IMG/VR virus record: IMGVR_UViG_3300031616_000002
DNA: 64,000 bases
Strand: one strand, 5' to 3'
Source: a virus
This document shows, one piece after another, positions 46,612 through 56,095 of the stretch. The stretch's first letter is position 1. Each line of letters starts with the position of its first letter. The notes beneath the pieces are model-generated. The model saw nothing but the letters and a program-made list of their open reading frames with translations, was not told the origin of the DNA and searched no databases. The position numbers and the translations under genes were made by a program.

Positions 46612-47703
46612 GTGAACGTAGTCAGCAAGCTAGCTCGTACGACCAGGGAGCCGAACGGTCGGGCGCAGGCGATTGTCGCCACGGTGCTCAGCCTGATCGT
46701 GGCGGCCGTGGGTCTCGTGATCGCGGCACTCATGGGCGCTCTCCCCTCGCAGGCGGCCTCCTCGACGGTCTGGGACCGTCTGGCCAACTGCGAGTCCTCC
46801 GGCAACTTCTCGAACCGAGACACCGGCGGCAACGGCCACTACGGCGGCTTCCAGTTCAGCATCACCACCTGGCAGAGCGTTGGCGGCGCGGGTAACCCCG
46901 CCAGTGCCTCTCCGGCAGAACAGCTTCTGCGCGCGAAGATCCTCCTCGCCCGATCCGGCCCAGGGCAGTGGGCTTGTGCGGGGAATGCAGGTCTCACGCG
47001 CTCCAACGGGGCCGCTGAAGGTCTCAGCATCCTCGGTACGTCTCACTACGTCGCCCCGCATGCCGCGAAGGCGCACACGCCCTACCACGCCCCGGCTCGC
47101 ACCTACACGGTGCACAGCGGTGGTCGCACCTACACGGTGCGGTCCGGTGACACCCTGTCGAGCATCGCGGGTGCCGGATGGCGTCAGCTGTACCAGCTCA
47201 ACCGTGGACTCATCGGCGGCAACCCGAACGTGATCTACCCGGGTCAGGTGCTGCACCTCCCTGCCGGTGGCGCCAATGTGCCGCCCGCGCACAAGCCGGT
47301 CCCCGGCGGTAGCAAGCCCGCGACGCACAAGCCGCCGAAGTGGCACCCCCCGGTCACCGGTGGCGGCAATGCTCGCGTCGTGGCTTTCGCGCTGGCGCAG
47401 GTCGGTAAGCCGTATGTGTTCGGCGGTAATGGTCCTAATGTCTTCGACTGCTCTGGCCTGACGGCGGCGGCGTGGCGCACCGTCGGCGTGAGCATCCCGC
47501 GTATCAGCTATGACCAGGCGAAGCTTCATCGCGTCAGTTCGCTTCAGTCCGGCGACATCATCATCTACACCGGCGGGAGTCACGTGGGTATCTACATCGG
47601 TGGCGGCAACGTGGTTGTGGCCGAGAATCCGAACACTGGAATCCATGTGCGGCCGATCGGATACGACGCGGGTCACCAGTACTACTACGGAGTCCGCCCC
47701 TGA
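46612..47703 (+). CDS. Secreted Rpf (transglycosylase)-LysM-NlpC/P60 cell-wall hydrolase
   Basis: TM/signal segment; WDRLANCESSGN..GG.QF..TW (Rpf); YTVRSGDTLSSIA...NP.VIYPGQVL (LysM); QVGKPYVFG.NGP..FDCSGL...HVGIY (NlpC/P60). Confidence 0.92.
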   Translation: MNVVSKLARTTREPNGRAQAIVATVLSLIVAAVGLVIAALMGALPSQAASSTVWDRLANCESSGNFSNRDTGGNGHYGGFQFSITTWQSVGGAGNPASASPAEQLLRAKILLARSGPGQWACAGNAGLTRSNGAAEGLSILGTSHYVAPHAAKAHTPYHAPARTYTVHSGGRTYTVRSGDTLSSIAGAGWRQLYQLNRGLIGGNPNVIYPGQVLHLPAGGANVPPAHKPVPGGSKPATHKPPKWHPPVTGGGNARVVAFALAQVGKPYVFGGNGPNVFDCSGLTAAAWRTVGVSIPRISYDQAKLHRVSSLQSGDIIIYTGGSHVGIYIGGGNVVVAENPNTGIHVRPIGYDAGHQYYYGVRP

Positions 47704-47852
47704 CATTGCAGTGGCGGAGATGATTGAAATGGGAGGCGGTTGAAATGGACGGCAACACCTTCAACGTCATCGTCGCCATTGAGATTGGCGTCATCGCATT
47801 CTGTTACCTGCTCAGCCTGTTCCGGGGCTCCTGCCCCCGGCTGTAAAAGGGC

Positions 47853-47894
47853 AAAAAAATAGCCGCCACCCCCGGATACTCGGGGGTGGCGGCT
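47853..47894 (-). terminator. Intrinsic terminator between convergent genes
   Basis: AGCCGCCACCCCCG-GATACT-CGGGGGTGGCGGCT with an A7 tract on its left (U tract on the minus strand). Confidence 0.85.
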
Positions 47895-47902
47895 GCGGTG
47901 TA

Positions 47903-48391
47903 TCAGGACGCGCTTGCACTCGCGCTGGAGAAGAGGGCGGGGAGTGCGGCGCGGGTGTCGGCGACCCACTGGGCGGTGTCGGTCTTCATCAGATCGATGG
48001 CGCCCTGTTCGGTCACGGCGTCGCCGTTGACGCAGGCCGCGTAGCCGGTCTCCGAGTCGTCCAGGAATCTCGTCCAGCTCACTTGCGCTACCGGCGGCGG
48101 CGCTTCTCCCTGGAGCTTCTGGACGATGTTGAGTGCGGTGAGGCAGTCGCTCGGCTGGACGAACTGTAGGGCGCCGATCTTGGCGATGTCGGGCTGGACT
48201 GCCTTATCCCAGGCGAGGTAGTCGGCGATGGTGCCCTGGGTGTAGCTGGGCGACGGCGGCGGGGTGTAGTGCGCGGCGGGGTTGGCTGGAGCGGAAGCGC
48301 ACCCGGTGAGGATGGCGATCAGGGCGACCAGGATGGTGACGGCGAGTAGGGCGATCCCGGCGACCATGAGGGTACGGGCGATGCGGAGCAT
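47903..48391 (-). CDS. Putative lipoprotein
   Basis: Signal peptide ending ILTGC; AGAAAGG RBS. Confidence 0.65.
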   Translation of the reverse strand: MLRIARTLMVAGIALLAVTILVALIAILTGCASAPANPAAHYTPPPSPSYTQGTIADYLAWDKAVQPDIAKIGALQFVQPSDCLTALNIVQKLQGEAPPPVAQVSWTRFLDDSETGYAACVNGDAVTEQGAIDLMKTDTAQWVADTRAALPALFSSASASAS

Positions 48392-48412
48392 GACGGACCT
48401 TTCTTGTAGGAG

Positions 48413-49171
48413 TTGAACAAGGTGACATTGAACTCGCCGATTGGGAACTATCCCTTCCCGGCGTTGGCGGATGTGCCGAATGCGCAGACGTTCGGTCAGC
48501 AGCTCACTTCCGCTCTCGATTTGACGACGGTTCCGCGTTTTGCTTCGGATGCGGCGGTTGCCGCAGCCATACCGTCGCCAACGACGGGCCAGTGTATTAT
48601 GCGCACGGATATCGGGTATGGCGTCTTGATGCATTGGGGCCATAGCCGGTGGATTGCTGAGACTGCGCTCATTGCTGAGTTGTCGAACCTCACAACCGAC
48701 TTTGCCTTCACGTCGATTCCGCAGTACTGGAGCAATCTGCGGATTGTTGGCAATGGCTTCCGTACCTCTTCCGCACTGGTCTCCTTCGCTCCGGCGGTGA
48801 CGTTCAACAGCGATACGGCAAGCAACTACAACTGGGTTGCCGATGGAATGATTGCCAATGCTTCGCCGGTGTTGAATACCGGCACCGCGTCCCTGGGCAC
48901 GGTTAACTGGGCTCAGGCGATTGTCGTTGTCGGAGCTAGCTCCGATGGAAACGGCGGGGGTCATACCGTCATCGACATTCCCGGATACAGCTCCTCCGGG
49001 CCGAAGCATTCCGCGCAGTCCAGCACGATGTGGCTGAGTGCCGGAAACATGGTGAGCAACCGAAGCTTCGTCGGTTGGCAGGGAACGGCCGCCATCACGA
49101 GTGTCACCTTCTCCTTCCTCGGTCACCCCCTGACGTCGACCAATAGTATTCGACTCTATGGGGTTGCGTGA
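48413..49171 (+). CDS. Minor tail/fibre-like protein
   Basis: YPFP..ADVPN...LD..VPRFAS.AA..AAIPSP..G N-terminus typical of actinophage tail proteins. Confidence 0.55.
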   Translation: MNKVTLNSPIGNYPFPALADVPNAQTFGQQLTSALDLTTVPRFASDAAVAAAIPSPTTGQCIMRTDIGYGVLMHWGHSRWIAETALIAELSNLTTDFAFTSIPQYWSNLRIVGNGFRTSSALVSFAPAVTFNSDTASNYNWVADGMIANASPVLNTGTASLGTVNWAQAIVVVGASSDGNGGGHTVIDIPGYSSSGPKHSAQSSTMWLSAGNMVSNRSFVGWQGTAAITSVTFSFLGHPLTSTNSIRLYGVA

Positions 49172-49488
49172 TGACCGTACTGATGGTGAATTGCGGCACC
49201 GGTGGTGATCATTCGTCCGGCATCGAGGTCGAAGAAGATGATCTTCCTGCGGCGATGCTGCGGGCCGAGGCGGCCAACGATGCCGCAGATACGGCCGCAA
49301 TGGCCTCTTGGCAGGCCCGCCACGACGCCCAGGTAGAAGAGGCCCGGCTTGACCACGAGAGGGCCGTACAGCAGCGTATGGCGGCCGAGCCGCTCGTCGC
49401 GATCATCCAGGAACGCTGCGGACAGATCGGTTGCGATCCGGCCATCGTAGCCCTGGCGAAGCTCATGGGCATCGTGCCCATGGAATGA
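49168..49488 (+). CDS. Small protein coupled to the tail-like gene (possible chaperone)
   Basis: GTGA overlap; alanine-rich helix. Confidence 0.45.
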   Translation: MMTVLMVNCGTGGDHSSGIEVEEDDLPAAMLRAEAANDAADTAAMASWQARHDAQVEEARLDHERAVQQRMAAEPLVAIIQERCGQIGCDPAIVALAKLMGIVPME

Positions 49489-49490
49489 GT

Positions 49491-49535
49491 AGGCTGCCGG
49501 GGATCGAACCCGGATGAGCGCCATATGCTCAGCCT
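49491..49535 (-). ncRNA. Minimal tRNA-like element (acceptor stem, one arm, T arm)
   Basis: Minus strand: AGGCTG AGC-ATATGGC-GCT CAT CCGGG-TTCGATC-CCCGG CAGCCT. Confidence 0.5.
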
Positions 49536-49542
49536 GCCTTGA

Positions 49543-50046
49543 TCAGCTGCTCTGTTCCTTGTCGGCTGCCTCGGCCGCCTTGTCGATGGCATCTCTGACA
49601 ACGCGGTTGAGGTTGATCTCACGCGCCTTGACGAAGCTGCTCATCGCTTCCGTTGCTTGTCGCTGCGCGGTGTTCAGCGTGACCCACTGGGCTGCCTCGT
49701 CGGGAGTGAGGTCTCCCAGCGTCGTGCTGAAGCTGTTGAACTGCTCGGACGACCCGTTGTCCCAGCGCACCATGACCTGGCCACTCCGGGCATGGATCGA
49801 AGTAGCGGTTCCTCGCTTGACGGCGTGAGCTACGGCGTAAGACCGCTGGTCCAGGATGGTGAAACGGATCTCGACCTTCACCGTGGCCTTTTTGGCGAGC
49901 TTGCCGACCTGCGCGGCCAGGGCGCTCTTACTGCTGGCGTCGACCGAGTTGCCCTCATAGGTGGCATACCAGCGGCCCTGGTCGTCCACCCGCACGGGGA
50001 TCTCGACCTCGTGCTTGGTGATGCTTCCCGCCTCATACATGGTCAT
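49543..50046 (-). CDS. Hypothetical protein
   Basis: AAGGAG RBS; GC3 bias. Confidence 0.6.
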   Translation of the reverse strand: MTMYEAGSITKHEVEIPVRVDDQGRWYATYEGNSVDASSKSALAAQVGKLAKKATVKVEIRFTILDQRSYAVAHAVKRGTATSIHARSGQVMVRWDNGSSEQFNSFSTTLGDLTPDEAAQWVTLNTAQRQATEAMSSFVKAREINLNRVVRDAIDKAAEAADKEQSS

Positions 50047-50292
50047 GCTGCTTCTCCTTTACGATTGATCGGGTGGCGCGACCGCCGGGGACACCTCGCA
50101 TGTCCCCGACGGTCGCGGTGGGCTAGTAGCCCTTGCGCGGATCCTTGCTCAGGCCGCACTTCCGGCAGTGGCCACGAAGGGGCCCGTTGCCCGTTCCGCA
50201 GCTGAAGCAGACCCACGACAGGATCGCCGCCGCGACAGACTTCGCCATGATTCACCTCCTCTCCCCTATATAGGGGTCAGCGGGGCCGCCGG

Positions 50293-50745
50293 TCAGGCGT
50301 CGTCGGCGGTACGCACCGGCGCGCACTCGGCGGCCTCGACCTGCCGGGCCACGGTGTCGCTGTACTCCACACCGGCCGCGAGGGCGCTGAGCACCTGGAG
50401 CGCCGATTCCTGGTCGGTGGCGAACAGGTACGGCACGGCACCCCACCATCCGCCGGTGATGTCGAGCGCGATCTTCCCGGCGCTGCTGAAGCCCTCGGCG
50501 AAGCTCGTGTCGCTGCGGGCCGCCTTGAACTCGCCCTCTTCCTCGTCGAAGAAGATGGTGTAGCCGTCCAGGTGTGCGGCGAGGACGCCGAGGCACATGG
50601 TCACACCGTCCGGGACGGGGGCGTCCGGGAGGATCCGGGCGTCGTTGCTGAGACCGGTGATCCACGCGTCCATGAGGAGCACGTGCGGGTTGGCCTCCAC
50701 GAAGGCGAGCACCTTGCTCGCCATCTCCTTGCTCTTGTCGGACAT
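50293..50745 (-). CDS. Hypothetical protein
   Basis: GAAGGGA RBS; MCLGVLAA motif. Confidence 0.55.
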   Translation of the reverse strand: MSDKSKEMASKVLAFVEANPHVLLMDAWITGLSNDARILPDAPVPDGVTMCLGVLAAHLDGYTIFFDEEEGEFKAARSDTSFAEGFSSAGKIALDITGGWWGAVPYLFATDQESALQVLSALAAGVEYSDTVARQVEAAECAPVRTADDA

Positions 50746-50826
50746 GTTGATCCCTTCACTGATGGAATCGGGCTGAGTGCCCGTAGCGACGAACGGCCCC
50801 GGAGGACCGTCCGCCACTATGTGAAC

Positions 50827-51981
50827 TCAGACCAGCGACAGCGCCCGGAACGCGGACTCTTCCAAGTCGGCCGCCTTGTCGGCGTCGGGAACGAGCTGGG
50901 AATAGCTCGTGATGGCCTGCATCAGGCCACCGGCCGTCCGGTCCCCACCGTCGATGAAGTGGGCCAGGATGCCCTTCTGGGTCTCCTGGTCGTAGGCCAG
51001 CTTCTTGCCGACGATCTCGATCGTCTCGACCGGCTCGTCGATCTTCTTACCGGCCTTGGCTTCGGTCTCGGCGATGATCTTCCTCATGTACTCGATGTCA
51101 AGGAAGGTCTTGACGGCGTCCCTGGTCTTGGCGGTGATCAACTCCAGGGACTTCTTCTGGGTGTCGGCCGACCAGTCGATGACACCCTCCTCCAGCTTGC
51201 CGCCGAGGTGCACGGCGCGGAAGGCGTCCCGGCCGATGGTCAGCCCGTTGCCGCAGACCTGGATCACCAGACGCGGCGTGATGCTGAATGCGCCGCCGCC
51301 GACCTCCGAATTGCTGATCTGGAAGCCGGAGAACACCACCGGGTTCTCGACGCCGCGCGCGCCAGTGAAGGGCGAACGGTAGTTCTTCAGCAGCTCGGGT
51401 GCGAGCAGCTGGATCTCCGGGGCGGCGACGCGGACGTACATCCGGGAGTCGCTCAGGTCGGCGCCGACAACGTCGGCCTTGACGCCACTGGCGGTAATGC
51501 CGTCCAGTGCCGCCATCAGGACGTCAAGGTTCTCGACGCTCTTGTACCGGTCGGACAGCAGGGCCCGCGCCACACCATCGCCGTCCTCGCCACGGAACAG
51601 CCGCAGCATGAACCGGCGAGCGTCGGCCTCACGGGTCACCGTCAGGGTGCCGTTGCGCACCCGCTTGTGTCCTTGGAGCCATCCGTTGACATTGCTGTCA
51701 TAGAGATCGGGTGCTTCGGCGCGCAGGCGCCGGATGTAGGCCCGGGAGATGTTGAGCTTCGCGGAGACCCCGGCGTCGAACACCTCCGTGGGGAGGTAGA
51801 ACCCGTCGGCCTCGATCAGCTCACCGTCGGCGCCGACGCCGTCCACGCCGTTGAGGTAGACCTTGCCACCGCGTGAGTGGATCTGCGTTGCGGGGAGGAC
51901 GATGTCGAGCTTCCTGGCCTGCTGCTCCTGGAGCAGCTTGACCATGTCCTGGAGATTGGCATTGCGGGTCGTGGTTTGCAT
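50827..51981 (-). CDS. DUF932-like protein
   Basis: ARALLSDRY..VEN.DV, LSDSRMY and GFQISNSEVG.GAF.I.P....VC.NG. Confidence 0.75.
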   Translation of the reverse strand: MQTTTRNANLQDMVKLLQEQQARKLDIVLPATQIHSRGGKVYLNGVDGVGADGELIEADGFYLPTEVFDAGVSAKLNISRAYIRRLRAEAPDLYDSNVNGWLQGHKRVRNGTLTVTREADARRFMLRLFRGEDGDGVARALLSDRYKSVENLDVLMAALDGITASGVKADVVGADLSDSRMYVRVAAPEIQLLAPELLKNYRSPFTGARGVENPVVFSGFQISNSEVGGGAFSITPRLVIQVCGNGLTIGRDAFRAVHLGGKLEEGVIDWSADTQKKSLELITAKTRDAVKTFLDIEYMRKIIAETEAKAGKKIDEPVETIEIVGKKLAYDQETQKGILAHFIDGGDRTAGGLMQAITSYSQLVPDADKAADLEESAFRALSLV

Positions 51982-52020
51982 GGTATGCCTTCTCTGTGAT
52001 GAGCACTCGGGTGAGTGCGG

Positions 52021-52093
52021 CGCCTCCGGTAGGATTCGAACCTACGGCCTGCCGCTTAGAAGGCGGCTGCTCTATCCGCTGAGCTACGGAGGC
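52021..52093 (-). tRNA. tRNA-Arg(UCU)
   Basis: GCCTCCG acceptor stem, D arm GCTCAGCGGATAGAGC, anticodon loop CT-TCT-AA, T arm GTAGG-TTCGAAT-CCTAC; 3' end reads GCCG, so CCA is not encoded. Confidence 0.95.
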
Positions 52094-52124
52094 GGGTGGC
52101 CGGATTACAGTTCCGGCCGTACTG

Positions 52125-52325
52125 TCATGCGTCGTCGTTGTCGAGCCAGAGGTCGGCTTCGCGCAAGCGCCGGTGCTTCCTGATGAGCCGGTCGAGATCC
52201 TTGCGGATCATCGTCATCTCAAGATCGGTCATCCCGGGAAACTTTCCGGGTGCCATCTTTTGGTAGAAGTCGATGATTCGCTCCCGCGCATCGGCGCGCT
52301 TGAGGTAGTCGATTTCCTTGACCAT
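52125..52325 (-). CDS. Hypothetical protein
   Basis: GGAGG RBS. Confidence 0.5.
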   Translation of the reverse strand: MVKEIDYLKRADARERIIDFYQKMAPGKFPGMTDLEMTMIRKDLDRLIRKHRRLREADLWLDNDDA

Positions 52326-52628
52326 GACTATTCACCTCCTGCCGGACGTACGATGGTTGCGTGCTCCGAGTCTGTGTCGAACAGACTGCCGTCAGCCTCA
52401 TCGGAAGCTCGGATGATCACGAGAGTGCCGTAGTTCCTGGCGCTCTCAACGAATCCGAAGCGACCATCGGTGGTCTTGACGATCTGCCCCAGATAGGCCA
52501 GGTTGCGCTGATCGTCGGAGGCGTGCCTTTCGGGCGGGTTATGCATTATCCTCGCTCCCGTTCATCGGGTCGGGCTGAATGCCCATGGACACCGGCACCC
52601 CCAAAGGGCTGTCGGCGACCATGGGCAT

Positions 52629-52841
52629 TCAGGCGTCGAGAAGGAGCACACCGGCCACCGTGAGGGCGTTGCCGCCGCCACGGGCCGGAGTGATGTAGCC
52701 GCGCTTCCGCAGCCCCGCCAACGTGGCCGGGGGCGTAGCGTCGGGCAGCCGGTGATCTTCGCGCAGAAGCGCGGCGTCACGGGCCTGCCGCATCGTTGAG
52801 GTGAGACCGGTCTTGTCGGTTCTCTTGGAACTACTGGCCAT
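52629..52841 (-). CDS. Small winged-helix-like hypothetical protein
   Basis: Preceded by the AAGCGAGCGAAC motif; TLAGLRKRGYI. Confidence 0.5.
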   Translation of the reverse strand: MASSSKRTDKTGLTSTMRQARDAALLREDHRLPDATPPATLAGLRKRGYITPARGGGNALTVAGVLLLDA

Positions 52842-52966
52842 AGCGTTCGCTCGCTTTCGTGTTGTGGTGCGCACCGACGGAGGGTCTGACGGCCAGCTCC
52901 GCCGGTGCGAGTGTCCCGGCCGCCCTTCGCGGGCCACGTCCATGACGACGATGCCGAGACTGTTGA

Positions 52967-53191
52967 TCAGGTGACGCTGTCGAGATACTCCTTCCCCGTC
53001 ATTTGTTCGATCTTGGAGATTGCCTCTCCCTTGTAGTACTCGCCGACCAGTTCGAGAATGTCCTCGAAGGGAATGGCCACGGTGTCGAGCGGCAATACCC
53101 CCGTGGGGCTTGCGGGGTTGAAATAGACGTCCCCGCTGAAGTCGCCGTTGTGGTGGTAGACGGTTCCCGATGATCCGATGGTGGCGTGCAT
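52967..53191 (-). CDS. Hypothetical protein
   Basis: GAAAGGA RBS; HHNGDFSGDV. Confidence 0.55.
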   Translation of the reverse strand: MHATIGSSGTVYHHNGDFSGDVYFNPASPTGVLPLDTVAIPFEDILELVGEYYKGEAISKIEQMTGKEYLDSVT

Positions 53192-53217
53192 GGGTTGATC
53201 CTTTCGATGGTTGTTGA

Positions 53218-53442
53218 TCAGACGAGCCAGGTCCGGTAGCCGCGTGCGCGGGGGAGCTCGACGATGTCTCCGGCCGGAAGTTCCAGGGCGAGCGCCAGTC
53301 GCACCGCGACCTGCTGCTCCGGATCCATGACGGAATGATCGAACGGCATTGTCAGAACCGTGAACGGATCGTTCTCTATCCGGGCCCGGACGAGCTTGGA
53401 AGTGCTGTTCGTCGGCGGTAGCACCTTGGTCTGGATGTTCAT
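53218..53442 (-). CDS. Hypothetical protein
   Basis: GGAAGG RBS; IQTK.LP.T....RA pattern. Confidence 0.55.
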   Translation of the reverse strand: MNIQTKVLPPTNSTSKLVRARIENDPFTVLTMPFDHSVMDPEQQVAVRLALALELPAGDIVELPRARGYRTWLV

Positions 53443-53729
53443 GATCAGCCTTCCTTGGTTGCGCGCGCCGGAGGCGGCTGGAGCACACCTTTGGCGATGA
53501 GGTACTCGCGCGCGAGACGGATGTGGGATGGGGTGATCGGCTCTTCGCCGCCGGTTTCGCCGGTGACGCGGGCTCCCCCGGGGGCGTCGTCGCCAGCGAC
53601 GTAGGCGACGCGTTTGCCGTCGCTGAAGTGGACGTAGCGACTGTCGTGATCTTCGACGTGCATGACCTTCCTTTCGTGGTTGTCCATGAAACCCGACAGA
53701 GCTGCAACTCTGCCGGGCAACATGATCAA

Positions 53730-54014
53730 CTAGCGCAAAGGATGCAAGATCCGGTGCAGCCTGACGCGGCGGTGCTTTGTCTTCGCGGGCTGCGGTGACG
53801 GTACGGAAGTGGTAGCGGCCGAAGGGGCCACCGACGGTTGCGGCAAGGGATCACAGTTCACAACTGTGGCCGGGGCGGGAGCATTCCCACCCCAGCACTC
53901 GGCATTGTACCCCGGCGACTTGATCGGGGTAGGCGAGGATTCCATGGTCGTTACACCCATGAATCCTGCCAAGATCAATGCGAGTGCAATGATCGCGCGG
54001 CGGTAGCGCTTCAT
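53730..54014 (-). CDS. Putative secreted/membrane protein
   Basis: N-terminal hydrophobic segment, Pro/Thr-rich. Confidence 0.45.
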   Translation of the reverse strand: MKRYRRAIIALALILAGFMGVTTMESSPTPIKSPGYNAECWGGNAPAPATVVNCDPLPQPSVAPSAATTSVPSPQPAKTKHRRVRLHRILHPLR

Positions 54015-54291
54015 CGCTGGTGTGATCTCAGGGCGCCGATGAGCCCGCCAGCCATGAGCCCGAAGATCACTCTCGGGTCACCGGTGATTACTCCGATGAT
54101 CGTGGTCAACACTGCTGCCGCGAACCAGAACACCATCATGGGGCCGGACGACAGTGCGCGCCCGGTAAAGCGCCATCCTCGCATGGCCGAATCCTTTCGT
54201 GTATGGACCATGGCGCCCGGGGTACATGCCGTACCCCGGGCGTGATTCGATTCCTTGCACACGGAACACGCCACAGCCGCCACAACTCGCG

Positions 54292-55452
54292 TTACAGGGT
54301 TGCCCACTGTTCCGCGAATTGCGCAGCACGATAGCCGCGTACTGTGGCGTCTCCGTCGCGCCACTTTTCCGGCCCAATCCCATAACGGGACTTGAGAAGG
54401 TTCGCCAGACGCACTGGCGCACCCGTCTGGGTGACCCAGAGGTCACGCCATGTGCTGACGCTGCTACCGAAGAGCACGGTAACGATTTCCTCGCTACTGA
54501 GCCTGTCGGCACCAGCGTCATCGAAGATGAATTTCAGATCTTCGATGATTCTCTGGGCCGGAAGGATGGTGAGAACGTTCTCGCCCTTACCCTGACTCAG
54601 GGAGCGGCAGGCGTCGTATGCCCGCTGCGGCCATTCGCCACCGGCCTGTTCGGCGATGATGAACAGCGGTTCCCAGATCTGCGCGTCGCGGTCCGTGATG
54701 CCTTCCGGCATACCAGGGCGAGACGCTTCGATCTCTCCGAGGACGCTCCGCACCCATGCGTGACATGCGTCGCGCAGCACATTCAGGTACGGATCATCAT
54801 CGGTTGAGCGGTAGGGATCGAGAGTGACTCCCGACCGCTGTGCCATGGTGTACATGATCGTTCGCGACCTGAGCGGGTGCAGTTGCTGCGCCGACTTGAA
54901 CACGCGGCCCAGACCTGCCATCGCCACCGGCCCGAAGATGCTGATCTTCTTCCCGGCCGCCCGAACCGTCTTCGCCTTCTTCCGGTAACCGGAATTCAGC
55001 GTTTCGATGGTCTTGCGGCCAGCACCGCCCGCACCAATGAACATGTCGATCTCATCGATGAGAACGGTTTCGCGGTCGACACCGATAGCGTCGACAACGC
55101 CCCACGCCGTTGGATCGGTCACCCAATCGCCCCGGTTGGTCAGCTCCTCCAAAACCTGGAGCACGACCGACTTTCCGGATGCGGGGTGATCCGAAAGGAT
55201 CGCCAGGCGCGGCGTCGAGTCGAACACCATGCGGCCGTCTTGATCAACGGCATGCGTGTGCGCGGCCCAAAGCGTCGTCGCGTGCAGGGCGGCGATGGAC
55301 GGGAATTGCGCGAAGCGCGAAAGTTCCGCCTCGATATCGTCCAACACCTGCTCTCCATACCCTTTCTCGGGAGAGGGCGCCGCTTCGGCGGCCATTTCCT
55401 CCCGCTCTTGCTCTTGCTCTTCTATCCCTACCTCGACAACGGTCGTTGTCAT
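54292..55452 (-). CDS. DUF3631-domain P-loop protein
   Basis: TLW.AHTH, PRLAILS..PASGKS, LIDEID, LNSGY and DRDAQIWEPL..IA..AGGEWP.RA. Confidence 0.8.
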   Translation of the reverse strand: MTTTVVEVGIEEQEQEREEMAAEAAPSPEKGYGEQVLDDIEAELSRFAQFPSIAALHATTLWAAHTHAVDQDGRMVFDSTPRLAILSDHPASGKSVVLQVLEELTNRGDWVTDPTAWGVVDAIGVDRETVLIDEIDMFIGAGGAGRKTIETLNSGYRKKAKTVRAAGKKISIFGPVAMAGLGRVFKSAQQLHPLRSRTIMYTMAQRSGVTLDPYRSTDDDPYLNVLRDACHAWVRSVLGEIEASRPGMPEGITDRDAQIWEPLFIIAEQAGGEWPQRAYDACRSLSQGKGENVLTILPAQRIIEDLKFIFDDAGADRLSSEEIVTVLFGSSVSTWRDLWVTQTGAPVRLANLLKSRYGIGPEKWRDGDATVRGYRAAQFAEQWATL

Positions 55453-55537
55453 GGTGTCCTCCTTCCTTGCGTGCCCGGACCCCCATCACGAAGGGCGAGG
55501 GACCGTTGACTTCCGGTCCGGGCTGTGTGCATGACGA

Positions 55538-55930
55538 TTAGGCCACGCCGAACTGAAGATCGGATTGCGGCGTCCCCCACGCTCTCATCCCGCCGACACG
55601 GTGGGGATGGAAGGGGGCCCAATTGGTGGGCTTGACGCGCAGGAACTCGCGGGCCTCATGGGCCTCGATCTCGATGATCTTGTTGAGCACGTTCCGCATG
55701 AGCGACAGGTCGTCGCAGTCCGCGACGATCACGGGGAAGGTCGCGTAGGTGTTGATCTCCTCGCTGTAGCCGTTGTCGGCCTGGTCGCGGTTGGAGTTGC
55801 GGGCCGGGTACTCGATCTTGATCACGATCGTGTCTTCGAACCGGTTCGTGTGGTCGGTCGCGGAGATCTTCCACCCCGGCTTGTAGACCAGACTGCTGTT
55901 GATCAGCTCCAAAGCGCTCTCGACACGCAT
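55538..55930 (-). CDS. Conserved actinophage hypothetical protein
   Basis: YKPGW...E.HEAREFLR...PFHPH. Confidence 0.6.
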   Translation of the reverse strand: MRVESALELINSSLVYKPGWKISATDHTNRFEDTIVIKIEYPARNSNRDQADNGYSEEINTYATFPVIVADCDDLSLMRNVLNKIIEIEAHEAREFLRVKPTNWAPFHPHRVGGMRAWGTPQSDLQFGVA

Positions 55931-56095
55931 GGTGTGATCCTTTCGCGCATGCGTCCTGCCGGGACGCGCGGTGATCCCGTAGCGGGATCGAGCGGTTGAA
56001 TCCCCTGGCGAAGGATCCCGACCATGATCGTCGGTAGATTCAACCTGGCCGCGCACGCGCCGTCTCTCATGCGGCATGTGCGCGGCCAAGATCAG

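Noticed and set aside
47903-49300. 465-aa minus-strand ORF
   Set aside because: Only the 3' part from ATG 48391 has an RBS and lipoprotein signal; the rest overlaps the plus-strand tail-like gene
52021-52093. tRNA as attL/attR prophage boundary
   Set aside because: Phage-like genes continue on both sides and no duplicated 3' tRNA segment or integrase was seen
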